64,000 nucleotides of DNA from contig CAVNZM010000002.1 of assembly GCA_963693365.1 (NCBI GenBank), positions 3,860,259 to 3,924,258 on the forward strand, written 5' to 3'. Origin of the DNA: Amoebidium appalachense (Eukaryota; Protista; Ichthyosporea). Positions 31,009 through 44,095 of the stretch are shown one piece after another; positions within the stretch are counted from its first letter, which is position 1, and each line of letters starts with the position of its first letter. Under the pieces are notes generated by a model, which made no database searches, had not been told where the DNA came from, and saw nothing but the letters and a program-made list of their open reading frames with translations. Made by a program: the position numbers and the translations under genes.

Positions 31009-31774
31009 ATGGCACACACGTGCACTACAGACGAATGTTTGTGGGTGCCCGCCGAAGGAGGTCTATGTCAACACCGAAGCACCGTTTCTTTAAGGCAGCC
31101 AACACAGAAATTTGTTTTGGAGCTCTTTAAAGAAGCTGGGATTTGGAATATTTTAATCATTGGCGATTCAATTATGTACGCGAGAATTCTACTCTGACTT
31201 ATCCAGCTTCTTTATGCCTCCAGGTCAGCAATTCGCTTGGGACCATGCAAACAAGCAGACGGATGATGAGAAGAAACCGATTAATAGCTGGAACCCCATA
31301 CCTTAAATTCATCTTTCAAGGAGGTTATACAAATCCTCAGAAACACATTCCGAAAGCAGGGGACTGTTGGGAAATGATGCCATTGCAGTAGACCATGGGT
31401 TATGGTCTGCGATTGCTGACAAGTGGCAGGGGTTGCCGCAGCTAGTGATCAATAACTTTCTTAGCAGAGTCGTTACTGAATGCAAAAACGTAATAGCCCA
31501 AAACCGTGCGTATTACATTCTTATGCCGACAACCACCGACGTGCACCAACTACTCATCCCGGAACGGATTCGTCGGTGGAATACCGGTAATACCGCATTT
31601 GCACAGGAATTTTCCAAACAGGGGTTTAGAACCCTGGACACGTATCATTGGACACAAGCCAGGCCCGAGGGGACGGAGGATGGGGTTCATTATGGAGGCT
31701 GGGCAAAGAGTCCACTTATGCTTAGTCGCAATACGGTTGATATGTGGCTGAATGATTTTTTCATGGCATTCTAG
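31009..31774 (+). pseudogene. Decayed SGNH/GDSL-fold esterase or O-acetyltransferase (PC-esterase/Cas1p-like domain)
   Basis: ILIIGDS (block I) in ORF 31009-31197, GQQF in another frame after a possible short intron (~31177-31223), and LDTYHWT...DGVHY...WLN (DxxH) in ORF 31367-31774. The frames cannot be joined without frameshifts or stops. Confidence 0.6.
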
Positions 31775-31808
31775 TATACATGTCTGAGCGAAACCTACAT
31801 ATAGGAGT

Positions 31809-33266
31809 GGGGGGGTTTATGCTGTTTACTAGAGGCAAAGAGAGACCAGTCTCAGGTATGGGGGGTTTTGCTCGGAATATCCCCTCAGCGGTATATCATG
31901 ATCACGTACATAGATGTCGGGTGATGATTATATATCAGGTTTGTGTGTGTGTTGTTTGGGCATGCAAACGATGCCACTTCATACCGGATCTCCACTGTAT
32001 AGCACGTGTACAGTAAAAGTGTGCCGGTAAGTGATCAATAAGTGATCAATAATACAATAAGTGATCAATAATACCATCAGCTAGAGAAAGACCAATTCTA
32101 CAGGAAGGTAATATGTATTTAGGTGTTACACATTTGCGAGTGCCATATTTGGCAATATGGTTAAGGCGGTCATTACATATAAAACGAGACATAAGGCTTA
32201 GTTTTTCAAGGTGTATGCTTTCATCGGGTCTAGTGTCGTGTGGTATCTTTTTCCATTTGTTATTTTGCGTAATTATTTTGTGATTATGTACATATCTAAT
32301 TAGTAGGTGGCAGTCCAAAGTCACACGCACACTTTTGCGGGGCTTATTTGTATTTGTGCCCAGGGAAGAAGGAGACAGAGAGGGGAGAAAAGACGGGAGA
32401 GGTGGGGAGGGGACAGGTCGGATAGAGAAGAGAGGGTGGGAGGGCAAATAATTCTTTAAGCGGCTTATGTGCTTTTGAATGTCAGCGCGAGATGGGATAC
32501 TCTAGCAGCTATTGGGACCAGACCATATATGGAGAGCGTTACAGGCCCAGGTTTACAACAGATGTTAGATAGAAAGGAGGCAACTTCTGCTTTAAGGAAA
32601 TTTGCCAAGGGTTTAAGTGCTCTAGTTCTCTCTTTTTTGATCCAAGCGGCGAGAAGGGGTAAACCATATTCACATGCCGGGAAGACAAAAGTGCGAATAA
32701 ATACAAGTCTAATAGAAGGATGGAGGGGTGTGCCTTTAAAAATAGTAGCCGAGAAGAACGCTAACCGCTTACGAGCCAGCTCTACCCTCTTTTCAACCAA
32801 ATGGCCATGGGAAAACATAACACCAACAGAATTAACCAGAACACCAAGATATTTGTATTCTGGAACTATAGGTACAGGTTTAGATGAGAATGTAAATGTG
32901 TGTAAAGTGTTAGCTATATCAGGTACAAGAACACCACATTTGTCTATGTTAAGGGTCATTAGGTTTGCCTTGCACCACTCTGACACTATTGATAACAATC
33001 ATGCAGGCGTCTAGGGGTACGGGCAAGGAGGGACAGATCATCAGCATAGAGAAGTGCAGGCGGAAACTTATTAATAGGGTCATCATTTCGGCATAAATCT
33101 TGCCAGCCAAACCATCTATAAATAGAATAAACAAAAAGGGGCTAAGCAATGAACCCTGCAAGAGACCTCTAGTACGAGAAAAACCGTATGAAAGGTGCCC
33201 ATCAACCACAGCTCTACCATAGGTTTGAGACAAGAGTGCTTCTAACAAAACACCAAACACATCCAA
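31809..33266 (-). mobile_element. 5'-truncated, frameshifted LINE-like retrotransposon, copy 2 (RT domain and C-terminal region)
   Basis: GLLQGSLLSPFLFILFID, then ALLYADDL in a shifted frame (~33034-33057), LNIDKC and YKYLGV. Downstream sequence is near-identical to copy 1, with an internal deletion relative to copy 1 (~3120-3553). Confidence 0.92.
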
Positions 33267-35929
33267 TCAGATCAAGCTGTTTGGCCAATCACAGATCGTT
33301 GGAGAGAATATTGCCATTAAATTCGACTTGCGCCTACTTCAAGCGAGGAGCGCTTGTATTCAAACCTAAAAATATAATAATATTTTAACACAGAAAAAAC
33401 ACCCTTTTTCTCAGCTTTTCAAAAATGCCTGGTATATTTCAATAGCACGAAAATGAAGGGTACCTCTACTATGAGAGAAAAGCTAGTGTATTTTTGATCA
33501 TCTGGTTTCGAATTTGTAAAACATCAGGGTTGCGCGATCGCGATTAACTTAACAACGGATAATCGCAAACGTGTCGCTTCTGCACTAAAATATAACATTT
33601 TTTCTTCGCTTTCCATTGCCGCGAACCGCGTTCAAAAAGCTTTTTTCTGAGCCGAGCTATAGCGCGTCAAAGATTTAGTCTCCGGGCCCTATTTGTTTGA
33701 ATTTGGTCGATCTGATTGGTCAAAAAATGTTTGTGGTCCGATTCGATTGATCGTCTATTTTTAGTGCAGGTTTCGCCTAGACATGTATCCTAGAATGCGA
33801 TGTGGTGCAGATAGCGAAGCAGACCCATCAACAGACGGGGTCCACAGCAACTTAAATAGTGTGTAAACCCCGACCCATCAAATAGACCCAGAAACTATTA
33901 AATATTAATCATTGAATAAAGCTTTAAATTTTTGTGTCTTTAACTTCCTCAAACTTCTCTTCCTCTCTTTTCCTGATCACGCGCCGTTGAAGTTCTCAAG
34001 TGTTATGGTACCATTAGTGGCTATCTATACACAGAGCGGCCCTTTTTTAGAGACCTATGTCGCCAAACTAGAAAACCAAAACGTCCTGACAGGCCCTGAC
34101 CGTGTGGAAGTGTTGCCTTATTTACTCGATATAGGTAGATCTACCCGGAAGATGCTTACCCGTTGTACATAGTATGCTGTATTTTTACCAGTCCCTCCGG
34201 ATGCTAGTCACGATGCATACTATAACTAGATACTAGCCAATTCTTGGTTCTGCGTGCCCCCTGGCGTCGGCACGCCTTACCGTAGTCTGAAGCCTTTGGC
34301 ACGCACAACACACACGCACAAACACCTGTAAACAGTCACACAGTGACAGTGGCATAACGCATGAACGTTCACATACACATCACAAGCACGTGCACGCGCA
34401 CGTCATGTACACTTGCACGCACCACGCATACATGTGCACAAACACACACACACAAACAGGTTAGTCTTCATGCAACTCAGTGACACTGCAGCTGATTGTG
34501 CCCAAGCAGCCACCCATGCATGCATACCCCCAAACGGCACAGGCCTAAAATTTACAAATAGGCCTAGCTAGCCTGAGTCAGCCTGAGTCGCCACGTACAC
34601 GTATACATCCACACGCGCACCCGGCGCACGCAAGCGCGTAGGCTACTACTCAGTGTAGTACTCCGTGACGGTCCCACGTGCACGGACGCGCTCGGAGCTC
34701 CGCCGCTCAGGCACGGACAGGCAGGCGCTGATCGCCAGTAGCAGAGGATCTAGATCTAGATCTCCTGGGCCAATCATTGAGAGATTTGCCAGACAGAGAA
34801 CACCCAGAGAATCTTCAAAAGTTTGATCTTGTAGATCCTGTATACAGCCGTACACTGGCCGCTGACGCGAGCGCAGCGCGTGCAGCGCGCGCAACACGCA
34901 CAGTCTCGAAGAAGTGTGTCACTTAGAGGTTTTGATAGGCACTTACCTTTGCTCATGCCATGTTTCCGTGCCGTACATATAAGAAGTTTTTGCTTACCTG
35001 ATATTCATGTTAACACAAAGATGAAATCACAAAATAGAAAGTATGTGCACATGTACACATGTGCATCATGTGCAGGCCTGACTGATCATGCATGTGCCCA
35101 TGATCGAATAGACTCTACGCACATCATGTGCGCCGTGCGGGGTAGGGGCACACACATCATGTGGGCCGTGGACGTCATGTCCCGTGTACTTATGGCACAT
35201 ATACACATACATGTTGTGCCCACGCACGTAAGGTGCCCATTATGTACGTGAATATGTACGTGAAACTGGCCCATATTCTCATTCAAGAGGCTGTGGAGCT
35301 CGTCTCTTGAACACTCATGACAAAAGCCTCACGTTCGTTAGGTCTTACGTGAATTCGAACCTGACGTCGACAGTGATATTCAAGAAAATAGGGGAGCCTC
35401 TTCCGTTTTACACGATTCGGAACCTGAAAAGGCTTTGGGATACAGAAACACATAGACATGCCTTGAAATTATTGTGAGAGTTTCGGAGGTTTCCCACGTA
35501 CGCGCGCTGCTCAGGATCTGACTGGTGCCGCTGCTTGGCGTATGCTCTCTATAGAAATAGAATCTGTACTGATATAGGCTGTAACTTTTTCCCCATCGTA
35601 AACTGATCTGATTGGATGCGACCCTATAGCACCTATCGTATGCATAGCTTGAATTCGAAGTGTCACTGCAGTGTGACCTGCGTTGTACATGTGCATGGAT
35701 CTTGAAGAAGTTGGATGTTTTCACGTGAAGTTCATGATTTTCCGTTTTTCGCCTGTGTGTTCGATCATGTCTTTTCCTAGTCTTTCATTGAGTTTCCACT
35801 ATTAACATGATAAAGTTTTCTTCGTTTTTTCTTGCTTCTTCTTCTTTATGTTTTCGTCCTTTTCGACTCTTCTTTCTCATTAAATGTTCATGATGTAAGT
35901 GTATGGCCTGTTTAATAATATGCACTACT

Positions 35930-35984
35930 GTGCGGAGCAAGGCCTCCTATATAGCACTCATATATAGGAGGCCTTGGTGAGGAG
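35930..35984. mobile_element. 39-bp TIR-only remnant with 8-bp TSD (probable P-type transposon excision footprint)
   Basis: gtgcggag | CAAGGCCTCCTATATA gcactca TATATAGGAGGCCTTG | gtgaggag: perfect 16-bp inverted repeat, 7-nt spacer, and flanking direct repeat matching at 7 of 8 bases. Confidence 0.75.
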
Positions 35985-36606
35985 GACTAGGAGAACAGGG
36001 CCGGGATGTCATGCCACTGAGTCATTTCGATGCAACGACATACAGATCATGGCAGATACATGTGATCACGAGTCGGATGGGTAAGGCTTTTTTGAATTTG
36101 AAGAAGTTCTAAGAAGTTCGGAGAGGGGTCGTAGCTATTGGAAGGGGGGAGAGGGGTGTTCATGCTGTCACACATGCCACGTCCTGACTATGGCCACTAG
36201 CCGCCATAACAACAAATGTACCCTGCCCAGCGGTGGATGATGCAATTTTTTAAAGGTAGGAGAGGCACGCGAGCAGCGGCCTCGGCAGTAGACATTGCCT
36301 CAACAATAAGAAAAAATGAGCTACTACTCCAACGGTAGCACTGGGGATACCGGCCGCACTCCGGATGGGTGGGTCCCCCCCACCCCCCTCCCCCCCCCCC
36401 CCAAGCGCAGGAGAGGTGGAGAGGCAGGGGGGGGGGGGGGGGGGGGAGGCCGGCCGGGGTTTGGGAAGGGGGGGCAGGGGGCAGGGGGGGGGGGGGGGGG
36501 GGGGAGAGATGGAAGTTGGGGGGGGGGGGGGGGGGGGGGGAGGACGCGCCAGCTCCGGATTCATCCGCTGGCTGGGGTAGGGGGGCCCGGGAGGGGGGGG
36601 GGAGAA

Positions 36607-36637
<31 letters not shown>

Positions 36638-37461
36638 GGATCCGGACGGGGGGTGGGGGGGGGGGGAGGGGGGAGGGGGGGAGGGGGAGGGGCAAACTAC
36701 CAACGTTGTATCATATATTAATTCTTACATGTTGTATATCAGCTTGAGACATCATGGCATTTGCACCCCTCCCAAATATCCACTAGATAGTATCTAAGTT
36801 GTCAGGCTAAGTGTCCTGCTTTTGCTAGCTAGCCCCCCCCCCCTCCCCCCGCCCCCCGCCCCCCCGTCCCTTCCCCTCCCCCCCCCACCCACCCACACAA
36901 ACACACACACCCGACCGAAGGCACGTGGTGGTCTCCCCTTTTTCTGCCCCTGGGTATCTCGTATCGAGGCTTTTATTGCTCCATCACTCTGCTATACTAT
37001 GAATCAGTGCCACAGCGTCCACTTCAAATCTTCCCCCTCCCCCTCCCCCCCCCCCCCCCCCTCCCCTCCCCCTGCCCCAGGCCCCCTTATAGCTGCTAGG
37101 GCTTTGATTTTCCCCTCACGTCATAACCTCCCCTCAACACTTCTCAACCGCAAGTGAGGGTGATCATAATGAACTTAAGTCGGCCGTGGTGCACTCAAGA
37201 GATCATAGCATACCGGGACCACCACTACATCACGTGACCAGGCCGGGGGTTAGCAACCCGAAGACCGACAACGGCAATGTCACAAACACGCATATGCACA
37301 TGCACAGTCACGGACACAAGCACGCACGCACACACATAAGTCTCCACACACACAAACATACACACACACACACACACATACATTCACACACACACAGGCA
37401 TGCAGACACACATACACACACAGACACACCCACTGTGATGCGCGCACACACACACAAACAG

Positions 37462-37496
<35 letters not shown>

Positions 37497-37500
37497 CGCG

Positions 37501-37531
<31 letters not shown>

Positions 37532-38805
37532 AGACACACACACACACACGCGCGCGCGCGCACACGCACCCATGCACACACGTTGTAACACCCACACGCA
37601 CACAGGCGCGCGCGCGCGCGCGCACACACACACACACACACACTCATACGCACTGTGACACACGCAAGCGCGCACGGTGAGTACACACGCACGCAAGCGC
37701 GGCAAGCCACACACATGCATGCGCACGCGCGCGCGCGCACACACACACACACCACACACACACACAAATAAACATATAGCCGGGAGAAAAACAGACCTAT
37801 ATGCCGTGCACGCATGCACCGTGACAAACATGCACACAGACATACATGCACACACCTTCAACTCTCACGGACACACTCACAGACTGCCGCAGAATGATAC
37901 TAGTACTCAAATTGCGGTGACACATTAAGACATGATGCACTCGCACACGCGCGGAACACTTTCTTCACCGAAAGGCTTTTCTCTCTTATTCCCTGTATCC
38001 CCCCCCCCCTCCCTCCCCCCCACGCCTTCTCTCTTGCTTGCTCTCTCCGTTCTCCCTCTCCCCCTCCCCCCCCCCCCCCCCTCTCGGACCCACCCCTGCA
38101 ATCTCTCAGACGGAAACAATGCATGCATGCATCACCAACAACAGAAATACCGTGAAATACACAATGCACACACACATGTCACGAGTGACACATGCACTAG
38201 CGTCTGTTCCAGCCCGAGGATATGTAACGACACACACGCACGCACGCACGCGTGCAGCACGCACGCACGCACGCGTGCAGCACGCACGCACGCACGCGCA
38301 CGCGCGCGCACACACACATACACACACAACATTCACATTCACACAACTTTTTCTCTGGCACACACGTGCAATGCCATTTAATGGCGCACAGTCTTGCTTG
38401 TGTCCACGCAAAAATTGTAGCACATGTAGCATGACGTCTACACGCACACAACCATTACATGACTAGCAGCGCCGGATAAATACTGCGCACACACATGGTC
38501 GGTGTCGTATTACCTGTGTCGGTGACGGTGTCGGCATGGGTACATGCAGTCATGGCGTACCCACCATACCGGCGTACACCGTCACACGCATGCACGTGAG
38601 AGGGAAGCGAGCCTCCGAGGGAGAGGTGTGTAGCCGGGAGGGAGCTTTCGGATCCATTGGGGGAGGGGGGGGGGAAGGGGGGGATGGGGGGGTCCACACC
38701 CAACATCCCGGTGGAAGGCTTGGGGGCCCTGGTGGGGGGACAAGAGGGGAGAGGGGGGTGGGGTGGGGGGTGGGTGAGCGGGTGGGGGGCGGGGGGAGGG
38801 GGGGG

Positions 38806-38836
<31 letters not shown>

Positions 38837-39385
38837 AGGGGCACACTGCCAAGCTACAACTCCCCACCCATTTTATTCCCCCTGTCTCCGGGCCCCACAC
38901 AGAAACACACTCAGACGGTCTTCAAAACTATAGCTTAGACGGTAGTTCCCTTGAGGGCATGCAAGGGTCCTCCGGGAACAAAACAAAAACGTGTTTTTTA
39001 AAAAAAAAAAAAAAAATCAAAATTAGAAAAGCCTTGGCGTCTGTCGCCTGCCTACTTCAAGTAGGAGGACATTCAGTCTACGACTGTGTCGCAAAACCTC
39101 ACTCTCTATCCCTCCGCCATTGGGTGTGCCAATATTCAGATTACATTCTAGGCCATGCACATGCACGAAAATTTATAAAATTTATCCGAGGCGTGCACGG
39201 GCTGGGATACGTACTCTTGTCCATTTTGTACAGTGTGCCCCCCCCCCTCCCGCCCCCCTCCCCTCCCCCCCCCCCCCCCCCGGAACCTTTTGTAAAAACG
39301 AGACTCTTGCAATTGGCCGTCATCACACTATCATCCTGCCCGGTGGTGGTGGCCACGAGGATGGTGTACGAATATGAGTGAGTGT

Positions 39386-39440
<55 letters not shown>

Positions 39441-39560
39441 GGGGAGGGGGGGGAGGATTAGGGGGAGGGGAGGGAGGTGAGGGGGAACGGAGGGAGGGGG
39501 ACAGTCACGAGGGAGGTGTACACGGGAGAGGGGAGCTCGAGGGGATCCGGAGGGAGAAAA

Positions 39561-39601
<41 letters not shown>

Positions 39602-39855
39602 GCTGCTCAAGAGATACATATAAGCTGGTGTGACCGGTGGTGATTTTATATGTAAACTAAAAAGAAGGCGGCCTGCATGGTGGTTGTGTGGTGCACTGAC
39701 GGTCCGGGGGAGTGTGCCGCTGACAATTTTCATGTTAAAAAAATCTTGTTCTTCTTTCTGTCATTCCCGGACGGGTGGTCTCCCTCAGTCTCATGTTCCA
39801 GGCTCGGGGAGAAACGGCCGTGGGGACTCCTCCGGGGGTCGGGGGGGGGGGGAGT

Positions 39856-39892
<37 letters not shown>

Positions 39893-39984
39893 AGCTCGAA
39901 TGTATGATCGGACCCATCCCCCCGGTTACATAGCTGGGAGCTGGGCAACGGCGGAGGCGGTGGATGGGGGAGGCGGGTGGAGGG

Positions 39985-40034
<50 letters not shown>

Positions 40035-40049
40035 GTTGGAATACGTCAC

Positions 40050-40900
40050 TACGTAGGACAGCAAGAGTCTTGAAGTATGTATGTGTCTTAGCTTTGTTTG
40101 TATTCGTGTCTGCTTTCCTTCTTTGTGCTCTCTCCCTTTTCTCTTTTCTTTCTCCCCCCCCCCCCCCCCCCCCCCCCCCCCGTATCTCTCTCTCTCCCTT
40201 GTTTCTGCAGCTGTGTGCACAGATATCTGTAGATCTGTGCACACCTGGCTCTCTTGCCTGATAGAACTTATTGTATTTTATTTGTGTTTGCTCTCCTCTG
40301 TTTATCTGAGAGGTAGCGTGATTGGCTAGCTACATTCGTTGTCTTTGTTTTATTTCAAAGAGGTTTAGTGTTAGTTCACACTAAGATGACTCGCCAATAG
40401 TCACGAGTGAGTACATATACAATATAGATCGTGTTGTGCATTCCTGTCTATTAACATACGTGTTATGATTGGACACACTAGAGATGTATGGAATTCGGTT
40501 TATCGTAATGTGTCTTCACTTTGAGAGTGTCGACTATTAGGAAATATATGTATTTAGCCTGAGTTTCTTTATAGAAACGAGTATAAATATATATGTGTAT
40601 TAATAGTGACAAGATGAATAAATACTTAAGTTATTTAAGTGAGAGTTTTAGTTAGGTCGGAAGTTGGAATGCGTATGCTCTGTCGGAAGGTGTTTTTCTA
40701 TCATCTGATAGAACCGATTAGTTCTCCCCTTTTAGTTGAGATAAGATGATAAGTTGGAAGTACAAAAAGACCCGAGAGCACAAATAAAAGATCAGTTGTT
40801 GTTGTTGAATTCTTTCATGTGTCGTGAACAACTCCGATTGCCCTCTCTTTATTGTGTTGGTCGTGTTTTACATGACACCTCTGTGCACTCTGCTCCCTTA
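40050..40900. repeat. Distant copy of the unclassified repeat family at 1-680/4200-4700
   Basis: Patchy similarity in the same order (CT-rich block, ctgagt.t.t.tag, ggtcggaa, ctccgat...ctctgct). Confidence 0.4.
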
Positions 40901-41640
40901 GACCCGTACAAGACAACAGGGGGGGGGTGGGGGGGACGTAACCGTCTTGCCCATCATTCGGGTGGGTGGACAGTGGCCATTTTAACCTCCCCAGCTCCCC
41001 GCGGCCGGCAACGTGCACTACTATGTACCGGAAGATGGGTGGGTGCATACATACTGGGTGGGCACTGGGTCTTCCCCTCCCCGACAATGATGAAAGAGCA
41101 AGTTAACACATGTACATGCCTTGTGTATTTGTTATCTGAAAAAGTTGGGCTACACACTGGGTGGCTGTTCGAACATTGACTGCAGCTGCCGGCCATCTTC
41201 GGAAATTCCATCCATACCGTAACGATGTTTGCATGTAACGCACGCACACAGACGTACGGGCTCACGCAAACACACACGCCTACGGGCAGGATTAAAAAGT
41301 GTAAAAATAGCAACCACGTCGTGAAACACGCCGCCCGGGGTTCTCCCTTATGACGATCAGTTGTTGAAAGTCACCGAGGCTCGAAGATTCCCCTGTGTGT
41401 GGCGTTGCTCTTTGTGCCGAAAGTACGCCGAACTCCAGTGGCTATGGCGGAATTGAAACAATAAATGGAAATAAAAAGCGATAGTTAGCCGTCCCAAAAA
41501 AAATACAGGTTAAATGAATACTAATAAAAAGCAATATGTACACTGTGCTAAGTGCTCGCCTGTTGACATCTTGTTTTTTTTTTTTTTTGCGGAACTGCCC
41601 TGAATATTTGTGATATCCAACAGTTTCAACCCATACGTTG

Positions 41641-41828
41641 TCCAATCAGAACGGTTTACGTTTGTTTGTTTGCATTCCAATCTTCCACGCAACCCAGATT
41701 CTGATTGGATAACAATCTTCTAGATCCTTTCTCTTCGCACAAAACCCAATCAAATGATAGATTCTATTTGGATCGTTCGGATCAAATTCCATCTCGCTGG
41801 CGTTCACTACAGTCACTGTATAAAAGCT
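41641..41828 (+). promoter_or_regulatory. Candidate promoter of ORF 41981: inverted CCAAT pair and TATA box
   Basis: TCCAATCAGAA (41641) / TTCTGATTGGA (~41699) inverted pair, further CCAAT at ~41746 and TATAAAAG at ~41819, 160 nt upstream of the ATG. Confidence 0.4.
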
Positions 41829-41980
41829 GAGATCAGACACAGAGACTTCTGAAAACGCTTCCGACTGAGTTTGATAGATTGATTAGCAACACAACTGTAA
41901 CAACATTCCCCAATCCTTCTTCACATCAGTATTGGTTTCTTTGTGTATTTATTTAGTCATCAACATTTCTTGTAAACGCC

Positions 41981-42901
41981 ATGGGGGTCACGAAAATGTA
42001 CCGAGCGCTCATGTGCGCGATTCGTGACGGACAGAGCGACAAAACTCAGGACATTCATGCCAAGAATTTTCTCCGAAGGAGTCAATCCGCAGCACCAGCA
42101 CGACACGACGCTCACAGCGACAGGACAGCACACGCATGTGCGTTTTGTGCAGAACACATTGACTATTTTGCCGAGAGTAAGTGTGAGGCATACGGAACTG
42201 TTGTAATTCACGCTCTCCCCGCTGAGGGCGATATCGATTTCACCTCCAAGCCGAGTAAAAGCAGTGATGGTGGTGAACAAAAAACGTTTTTGTCATTAAG
42301 CCCAGCGAGTAGGCGTCGTTCACGCGCGCTTTCTCTAGCGCGCACGCTCTCCGGGAGCAAAAAACGGGCGGGAGAATTTTCCAGGTGCAGTGGGGAGGAA
42401 AGGCTGCAGCATGCAATTAGAGACAGTCTGCACAGGCGGGCTTCTGACGCCGAGAATAATCCGGAGGAATACGCAACCACTGCCTTCGCCGTACGAAACG
42501 GGAAAATACACATCAAATGCATGCAGGAGTGCTCGCACTGCAAAACAAACGGACTGAGTTTCCTTGACGAAAAGAGCACCAACACCACCGCCACCACTGC
42601 GCCGCAAACACCACACAACCCCATCTTGGGGCATGGTCACCTTACCTTCCGCGAGGAGTGTGTAACAGTTCGCCGAGTGCGTCTCGACGTGGGCGGGTCC
42701 AGCTATGAGATTAGGTGTCGTCCCCACACGCGCCTGGGAGGGTTGATGGGTCATACGATGGGCAGCGAGAGGACAATAGTGATGCTTTTGACGGTGGATT
42801 TTACCCCCGATGTGTTGGATAACTTGCAGTTGACGAGCTGGCTGGATGCTAAGGCGTGCGGTGGACCGCATATTGCAAAGAGGAATAGCGCGTTTGTGTG
42901 A
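41981..42901 (+). CDS. Intronless hypothetical protein, 306 aa; paralog of 20046-20793
   Basis: Long complex ORF with good start context (gccATGG) and upstream TATA. The C-terminus LLTVDFTPDVLDNLQLTSWLDAKA aligns with LQFSVDVGDGADGENWALVRWLDARA. Confidence 0.75.
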   Translation: MGVTKMYRALMCAIRDGQSDKTQDIHAKNFLRRSQSAAPARHDAHSDRTAHACAFCAEHIDYFAESKCEAYGTVVIHALPAEGDIDFTSKPSKSSDGGEQKTFLSLSPASRRRSRALSLARTLSGSKKRAGEFSRCSGEERLQHAIRDSLHRRASDAENNPEEYATTAFAVRNGKIHIKCMQECSHCKTNGLSFLDEKSTNTTATTAPQTPHNPILGHGHLTFREECVTVRRVRLDVGGSSYEIRCRPHTRLGGLMGHTMGSERTIVMLLTVDFTPDVLDNLQLTSWLDAKACGGPHIAKRNSAFV

Positions 42902-43856
42902 AATGGTGATGGTTTGTGTATGCTACTGTAGATTTTGCCGTTTTTCCTTTAAAATGGTTTGTTTGAGTTTGTTGGGACTGATGATGGACATGAAGCGAGA
43001 GGTCGATGTTTTTTCCATTATACAGTGATGTTTTCTCCGAGCCTTTATATATTTATTTTTTTGGTCAAGCCAGAGCTACTGCGACGAACAAGCCATCATG
43101 AGGCTGTAGACTGAGTTCAATATCTTTCTGCTTACTTTCTTTTTGTAATTTTTTTCTTTTTAGAGAAGAAAATCGTTCACTTCTAGAAGTTCCCTTTGTG
43201 TGTGTGCACAGCAGTGCCACTCTGCTCGGTGCAGGAAGAAACATGACCTTCCCCTCCCCACGTCCCCCACCATTAGTCTTTTATGTAATGAGTTGTAAAG
43301 TAACGTTAACATGTTTTTCTGTACATAAATGTTAAATACTATTAATAGGGATTTGAAGCTGAATGCGAAGCATATACCCAATGCACACTTTGAGATGCTT
43401 AAGTGCCACCGGTCAAACCCGACAACGATACTACTGTAGTACTTCGATCCTGTCATTGATTCTGTCTAGCTATCAAGTCAGTAACTACCTTCAATTAACC
43501 ATCCATGGATAACATTCCCTCCGAGGCTCAGACTTCTATTTCACATTTGTAGCCTAGTGTGCTTTGTTTGAGCAAATGTGAACATGTACCGTGTGTTCGT
43601 ATGCGTATGCGTGCGGGTGCGTTCGCTTGCATGAGCAAATGCTGGGCATGTGTGCTTGCAGGCATGTTGTGCGCTTGTGTACTTTTGTGTGTGTGCATGT
43701 GTGCGGTGCATGGCACTGTGTGCGCAGATGCGTCCTCTAATCCCGGGATCTGCGTTAACACTTCATTTCCCAACTTGGCTAGGTTGTGAAGACGGGCGGG
43801 GACGGGGGGGGGGGGGGGGGGGGGGAGGAGGGAGGGAGGGGGAGCAGATGGGGAAT

Positions 43857-43891
<35 letters not shown>

Positions 43892-44043
43892 GTTTGCCAA
43901 TGTCATCTTGGTCCCGAGGCTTGCGTTAGTTGATACTAGTAGTATCGCTCTAGAGCGGTACTATTAGCCCGTTCTAGTTGTACTATGGCACCATCGTCTC
44001 ATCCCAATCCGCACTTAGGCCCCTAGGAGAACTCAGTAATCCG

Positions 44044-44095
<52 letters not shown>

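Noticed and set aside
35280-35900. Minus-strand coding-like stretch (ORF 35380-35724)
   Set aside because: Multiple stops across frames and no recognisable domain.
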